Shown here piece by piece: positions 35,960-40,238 of a stretch of 40,238 nucleotides of DNA; within the stretch, counting starts at the first letter, position 1, and each line of letters opens with the position of its first letter. Below the pieces are notes generated by a model. It made no database searches. It was not told the origin of the DNA and saw only the letters and a list, made by a program, of their open reading frames with translations. Source of the stretch: a bacterium (GTDB lineage Bacteria > Patescibacteriota > Patescibacteriia > JAACEG01); assembly GCA_030641665.1 (NCBI GenBank), contig DAOWHA010000053.1, positions 1-40,238 on the forward strand. The letters are read 5' to 3'. The translations under genes and the position numbers were made by a program.

Positions 35960-38365
35960 TTATCTTTTTATCTTTTTTTCCAATTTTAAAATTTCGCAAG
36001 TTGTTTTAATTACTGAATCAGCGTTTAGCGACAAGCTGTCAATGCCGCATTTGACTAAAAAATCGGCGAAATCAAGAAAGTCAGACGGCGCCTGTCCGCA
36101 GATGCCGATTTTTCTTTTCGCCTTTTTCGCTTTTTCAATCGCTGTTTTAATCGTTGTTTTTACCGCAATATTTCTTTCATCGTAAATATGGCTCACGATT
36201 TGCGAGTCTCTGTCAACGCCTAAAGTCAACTGTGTCAAGTCGTTTGATCCGATTGAAAATCCGTCAAAAAGTTTCGCGAACTCTTCCAGCAGAATTACAT
36301 TTGATGGCAATTCGCACATCATATAAATTTCAAAATTGTTTTTTTTCTGCTTTAATCCGTTTTTTTTCATAATCCCGATCACTTTTTTCGCTTCTTCAAT
36401 AGTGCGGCAGAAAGGAATCATTACTTTAATGTTTTTTAACCCGACAAGATTGCGAACCCTTTTTATCGCTTGGCATTCCAATTCAAAAGCCGGCTTATAG
36501 TTTTCGCTGTAATATCGCGACGCCCCACGCCAGCCGATCATCGGATTTTCTTCTTTTGGCTCAAATAAGCGACCTCCGATTAAATTAAAGTATTCATTAG
36601 ATTTAAAATCGGACAATCGCACAATTACGGATTTTGGATAAAACGCCGCCGCTATAATAGCGATTCCCTCTGACAGCTTATTGATGAAAAATTGTTTTTT
36701 ATTTTTATACCCCGCGGTAATCTGCTCAATCTGCTTTATTTCGTTTGCGGAAAATTTATTCCCCTTTTTTAATTTGTCATAATTTATTAAAGCGAGAGGA
36801 TGAATTTTAATATAACTGTTAATAATAAATTCCTCGCGCGCCAAGCCGACCCCGTCGTTCGGAATAAACGATCTGGCAAATGCAGTTTCAGGGTTTCCAA
36901 GATTAAGCATTATTTTAGTTTTCGGCTTTTTCATTTTTGCCAAGTTGTGGCGGACAATTTTGAATTTCAAAATTCCGTTATAAATATACCCTTTTTCTCC
37001 TTGCGCGCAGGAAACAGTTATCGGCTGGTTGTTTTTTAAAACTTTTGTCGCGTTGCCAGCGCCGACCACGCATGGAATTCCAAGTTCGCGCGATACGATA
37101 GCCGCGTGGCAAGTTCTGCCGCCATTATCAGCAACAATAGCTGACGCTATTTTCATAATCGGCACCCAGTCAGGGTCTGTCATTTTAGTGACCAAAACCT
37201 GCCCTTTTTTGAATTTTTTTATTTCGCTCGTATTTAAAATAATATTCGCCTTGCCAACGCCGATTTTAGATCCGACAGACGCCCCGACTGCGATCGGTTT
37301 TTTGTTTTCTAAAAGTTTGAATTCTTCCAACATATTCGCGTCTTTCTGCGACTGCACTGTTTCTGGACGCGCCTGCACGATATATAATCTGTTTGTCTGC
37401 CCGTCTTTTGCCCATTCAATATCCATCGGCTTTTTATAATGTTTTTCAATTTGAACCGCCCAGCGCGCTAAATGCAAAATTTCTAAATCCGTGACGCTGA
37501 ATTTTTTTTTATCACTCTCTGAAACTTTAATATCTTTTACAGGGCTGTTTGGATTGTTTGTGTAGACCATCTTAATATTTTTATCACCCATAGATTTTGA
37601 CAGAATTGCTGGAAACTTCTTTTTTAATGTCGGCTTAAAAACATAAAATTCATCTGGCGTTACTTTGCCCTGCACGATATTTTCCCCTAAGCCGTAAATT
37701 GAATTTATTAGAACAGCGTCTTTAAATCCGGTTTCCGTGTCAATTGAAAACATTACGCCGGAAGACGACAGATCTGAGCGAACCATTTTTTGCACCCCGA
37801 TTGACAGCCCGACTTTAAAATGATCAAATTTTTTTGTCTGGCGATACACAATCGCTCTGTTAGTAAATAGGGAAGCAAAACACTCTTTACAGGAAGCAAG
37901 CAAGTTTTGCTCGCCACTGATATTTAAAAATGTTTCCTGCTGTCCGGCAAAAGACGCGTCCGCGAGATCTTCGGCTGTTGCCGAACTTCTCACAGCCACA
38001 TCGGTTAATTTCGCTCCGTAATTTTTGCTTAATTTTTTATACGCTTTAATTATCTCTTTTTCTAAATCTTTAGGCATGTCGGAATTGAGCATCAGTTCCC
38101 TTACTTTATGCCCGCGATAATAAAGATTGTCAATATCTTTAACATTTAAGTCTCTTAAGATAATTTTAATCCTGTCCTGAATCCCTGCTTCTTCTAAAAA
38201 ATAATGATAAGCGTCGGCTGTAATCGCAAAGCCGTTCGGAATATTGATTCCTTTTTTAACAAGCTTGCTGAACATTTCGCCGAGTGAGGCGTTTTTTCCG
38301 CCGACTATCGGCACATCGCTGATTTTAATGTCTTTAAACCAGACAATAAAAGGATTTTTTCTCAT
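35960..38365 (-). CDS. ppsA: Phosphoenolpyruvate synthase
   Basis: VGGKNASLGEM, AVRSSATAED, QARPETV, GGRTCHAAIVSRE, EENPMIGWRGASRY, SIGSNDLTQ. Confidence 0.97.
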   Translation of the reverse strand: MRKNPFIVWFKDIKISDVPIVGGKNASLGEMFSKLVKKGINIPNGFAITADAYHYFLEEAGIQDRIKIILRDLNVKDIDNLYYRGHKVRELMLNSDMPKDLEKEIIKAYKKLSKNYGAKLTDVAVRSSATAEDLADASFAGQQETFLNISGEQNLLASCKECFASLFTNRAIVYRQTKKFDHFKVGLSIGVQKMVRSDLSSSGVMFSIDTETGFKDAVLINSIYGLGENIVQGKVTPDEFYVFKPTLKKKFPAILSKSMGDKNIKMVYTNNPNSPVKDIKVSESDKKKFSVTDLEILHLARWAVQIEKHYKKPMDIEWAKDGQTNRLYIVQARPETVQSQKDANMLEEFKLLENKKPIAVGASVGSKIGVGKANIILNTSEIKKFKKGQVLVTKMTDPDWVPIMKIASAIVADNGGRTCHAAIVSRELGIPCVVGAGNATKVLKNNQPITVSCAQGEKGYIYNGILKFKIVRHNLAKMKKPKTKIMLNLGNPETAFARSFIPNDGVGLAREEFIINSYIKIHPLALINYDKLKKGNKFSANEIKQIEQITAGYKNKKQFFINKLSEGIAIIAAAFYPKSVIVRLSDFKSNEYFNLIGGRLFEPKEENPMIGWRGASRYYSENYKPAFELECQAIKRVRNLVGLKNIKVMIPFCRTIEEAKKVIGIMKKNGLKQKKNNFEIYMMCELPSNVILLEEFAKLFDGFSIGSNDLTQLTLGVDRDSQIVSHIYDERNIAVKTTIKTAIEKAKKAKRKIGICGQAPSDFLDFADFLVKCGIDSLSLNADSVIKTTCEILKLEKKIKR

Positions 38366-38412
38366 AGTTTTAAAATTGTATTATATTTAGTTAATGTGTA
38401 AAAATTATTTAT

Positions 38413-40238
38413 TTATAAATTTGATGAATATGGCAATGATTTAATATAATTTTCCATAAACTTAAAATCTGGCTCTCCATTTTCATCAATTGGTAAGAAT
38501 AATTTTTCTTCTTTAATCCTTGTTTGAGATCTTTTTCTTCCAAAACCATACCTGAATACCTGTAAATTTAATATTGAAGTTAAGAATAAAGCTATTTTTT
38601 TATTTAACACAAAGTTTATCGGTTCTAAAATTTCAACATGATCTGAACCAACAAATTTAGCCTCTTGATAAAAGGCTTTTCCGTCAGTAGCACTATCAAT
38701 CGTTATAATATTTCCATTTTCAGTATATATATTTGAAGTACAAGCGACACCATTATTTTTGTTGCTTGTTGTTACATATAAATATTCACCGTAAGATATT
38801 TCATTTTTTGTATAACTTTTTTTTGACCCTCTAACACTAAATAATTCCGATAAATCAAATTCCCTAAATTTATTTTTTTCTATTTTAATTGAAACATTAT
38901 TTACTGATTCATTGTTTAAATGGTTGCTAGTGAAAAGATCTAATAATGACACTTCATCTAACTTTTTTTCAAGTAAATCTAGTTTTAATTTAACGGAAAA
39001 AATAGAGTGTTCTTTAACGCTTTTTTCAAAAATCTTTTTTGATAAATTATCATAATTTGTTTTTGAATGGGCTTGAATTATCCACTCATCGTTTCCAGTT
39101 ATTTTTTTATATACTAAATTTATAAAATCTTCCTTTTTTTTTGGGTGATTAAGTCTTTTTAACAAATCTTTTTTAATACCATTCCACTTGCTTAAAACAT
39201 CTGTCCTGCCTTTGTTCTTTGATAAAACAAATCCATCATCTTTCAAATCATAAAAGACAACCTTGCTATTATTATGAGGTTTGTTTGTTTCAAAAACTGC
39301 AATTGCCGTATGGGTTGACGCATTTGGTTGAAACAACTCACTTGGCATATTTACAACATACTTCAACGAGTGTTTTGACAAAATCCTATCTCTATCTATA
39401 TCGTCTTTGAAATAAGCAGAAAGTGGAGCAATAATAATTCCATACCTGCTGCAATTATCTAACATTTTTTCTAAAAATTGAATTTCCTTTTTAGTAGGAT
39501 TTGATTTATTATCTTTTCCGCCATACGGAGGATTTACAAATCCTATCGTAGGCTTGCTTGGCAATTTATTTAAAATATTTTTTGTTTTATCTGAAAAAAA
39601 ATCTTCATTAAAAATTTGAGATTTTCCATCTCCCCTAAAAAGCATATTAGAAATTGCTAAAGAATACATTGTGCTACTTTTTTCAAATCCAATAAGTTGT
39701 TTTTGTTTTATTTCATTTTTCCTTTTTTCCTTATCATGCAAACTAGATTTATCAATTTCATTAACAAGTTTATTCATTCCTGCAATTAAAAATGCGCCTG
39801 TTCCGCAAGCTGGATCAAAAATTACATCATTTGTTTTTATGTCAATTAAATCTGTAAATAAAGTTGTAATATGATTTGGCGTTAAGACTATGCCTTTTTT
39901 TACATTTGTTATCCCTGCATACCTCAAAAATTCCTCGTAAAATTTTCCGATTATATCGTAAGAAGTTTTTTTATCAAATAGCGGTATAACTTTTTCTTCA
40001 AGTTCTTTTAATATATCTTTTAATATGTCCGTAGAATTTAAATCATTATCAGTTTTTATAAAAGTTAATTCATTAGTTAAAACTTCTATTTTGCTTTTAT
40101 CTATATTCTGACTTTCTAAAATATCTCCTATTGTTGTCGGTATATTTCTAATAATCGTTTGAGCGCTCCATGAACTATAACTATTTTTAAAATCTGTGCA
40201 ACTATCTTCCGGATATAAACAAAACATCAAAGCACTCA
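38413..40238 (-). CDS. Type IIG/BcgI-like N6-adenine methyltransferase with fused C-terminal specificity (TRD) domain; 5' end outside window
   Basis: GIVLTP, FDPACGTGAFL, NPPY; C-terminal EFDLSELF...VTTSNKNNG...LPIDENGEPDFKFMENYIK (S-type domain). Frame is open to the window edge. Confidence 0.88.
   Translation of the reverse strand, partial: SALMFCLYPEDSCTDFKNSYSSWSAQTIIRNIPTTIGDILESQNIDKSKIEVLTNELTFIKTDNDLNSTDILKDILKELEEKVIPLFDKKTSYDIIGKFYEEFLRYAGITNVKKGIVLTPNHITTLFTDLIDIKTNDVIFDPACGTGAFLIAGMNKLVNEIDKSSLHDKEKRKNEIKQKQLIGFEKSSTMYSLAISNMLFRGDGKSQIFNEDFFSDKTKNILNKLPSKPTIGFVNPPYGGKDNKSNPTKKEIQFLEKMLDNCSRYGIIIAPLSAYFKDDIDRDRILSKHSLKYVVNMPSELFQPNASTHTAIAVFETNKPHNNSKVVFYDLKDDGFVLSKNKGRTDVLSKWNGIKKDLLKRLNHPKKKEDFINLVYKKITGNDEWIIQAHSKTNYDNLSKKIFEKSVKEHSIFSVKLKLDLLEKKLDEVSLLDLFTSNHLNNESVNNVSIKIEKNKFREFDLSELFSVRGSKKSYTKNEISYGEYLYVTTSNKNNGVACTSNIYTENGNIITIDSATDGKAFYQEAKFVGSDHVEILEPINFVLNKKIALFLTSILNLQVFRYGFGRKRSQTRIKEEKLFLPIDENGEPDFKFMENYIKSLPYSSNL

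Noticed and set aside
1648-39874. Numerous antisense or nested ORFs in the track (e.g. 5665-6153, 28387-28893, 34653-35129)
   Set aside because: They are shadows of well-supported genes and have no recognisable motifs.
1-40238. tRNA/rRNA genes, transposases, reverse transcriptase, prophage structural genes, alternative genetic code
   Set aside because: None recognised. Genes translate full-length in code 11, with TGA used as a stop (e.g. gdhA).

Overview
Low-GC bacterial chromosomal window that looks like Patescibacteria/CPR (Parcubacteria-like). This assignment is inferred from AT-rich start regions without Shine-Dalgarno motifs, a CPR-type TraG/VirD4-like ATPase, two GH57 genes, a long coiled-coil HlyD adaptor and a double-domain ThyX. 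Housekeeping genes (rsmA, lspA, holA, gdhA, recQ, tmk, dut, thyX, dcd, comM, ppsA) alternate with accessory cassettes: NYN nuclease, S66 peptidase, a large secreted amidase, SagB-type nitroreductase, AAA14-DUF4143 ATPase, Fic and a type IIG-like R-M gene. Five signals stand out. (1) At 16.4-17.8 kb a DpnII-like GATC R-M operon appears hollowed out: only the promoter, the 5' stub of a DpnA-type methylase and the 3' stub of a probable endonuclease remain, around an intact PLD nuclease fused to a DpnI-type winged helix. (2) A consensus promoter, a ~75-nt three-hairpin RNA and a terminator run antisense into the 3' end of the NYN gene. (3) Duplicated gene 5' ends (recQ and a 60-aa ORF) are stacked at 20.19-20.27 kb. 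(4) Three families of 140-180 bp fold-back elements sit at gene junctions. (5) There are in-frame 7/9-nt micro-repeat tracts in gdhA and rsmA. All family assignments come from motif recognition by eye; no searches were run.
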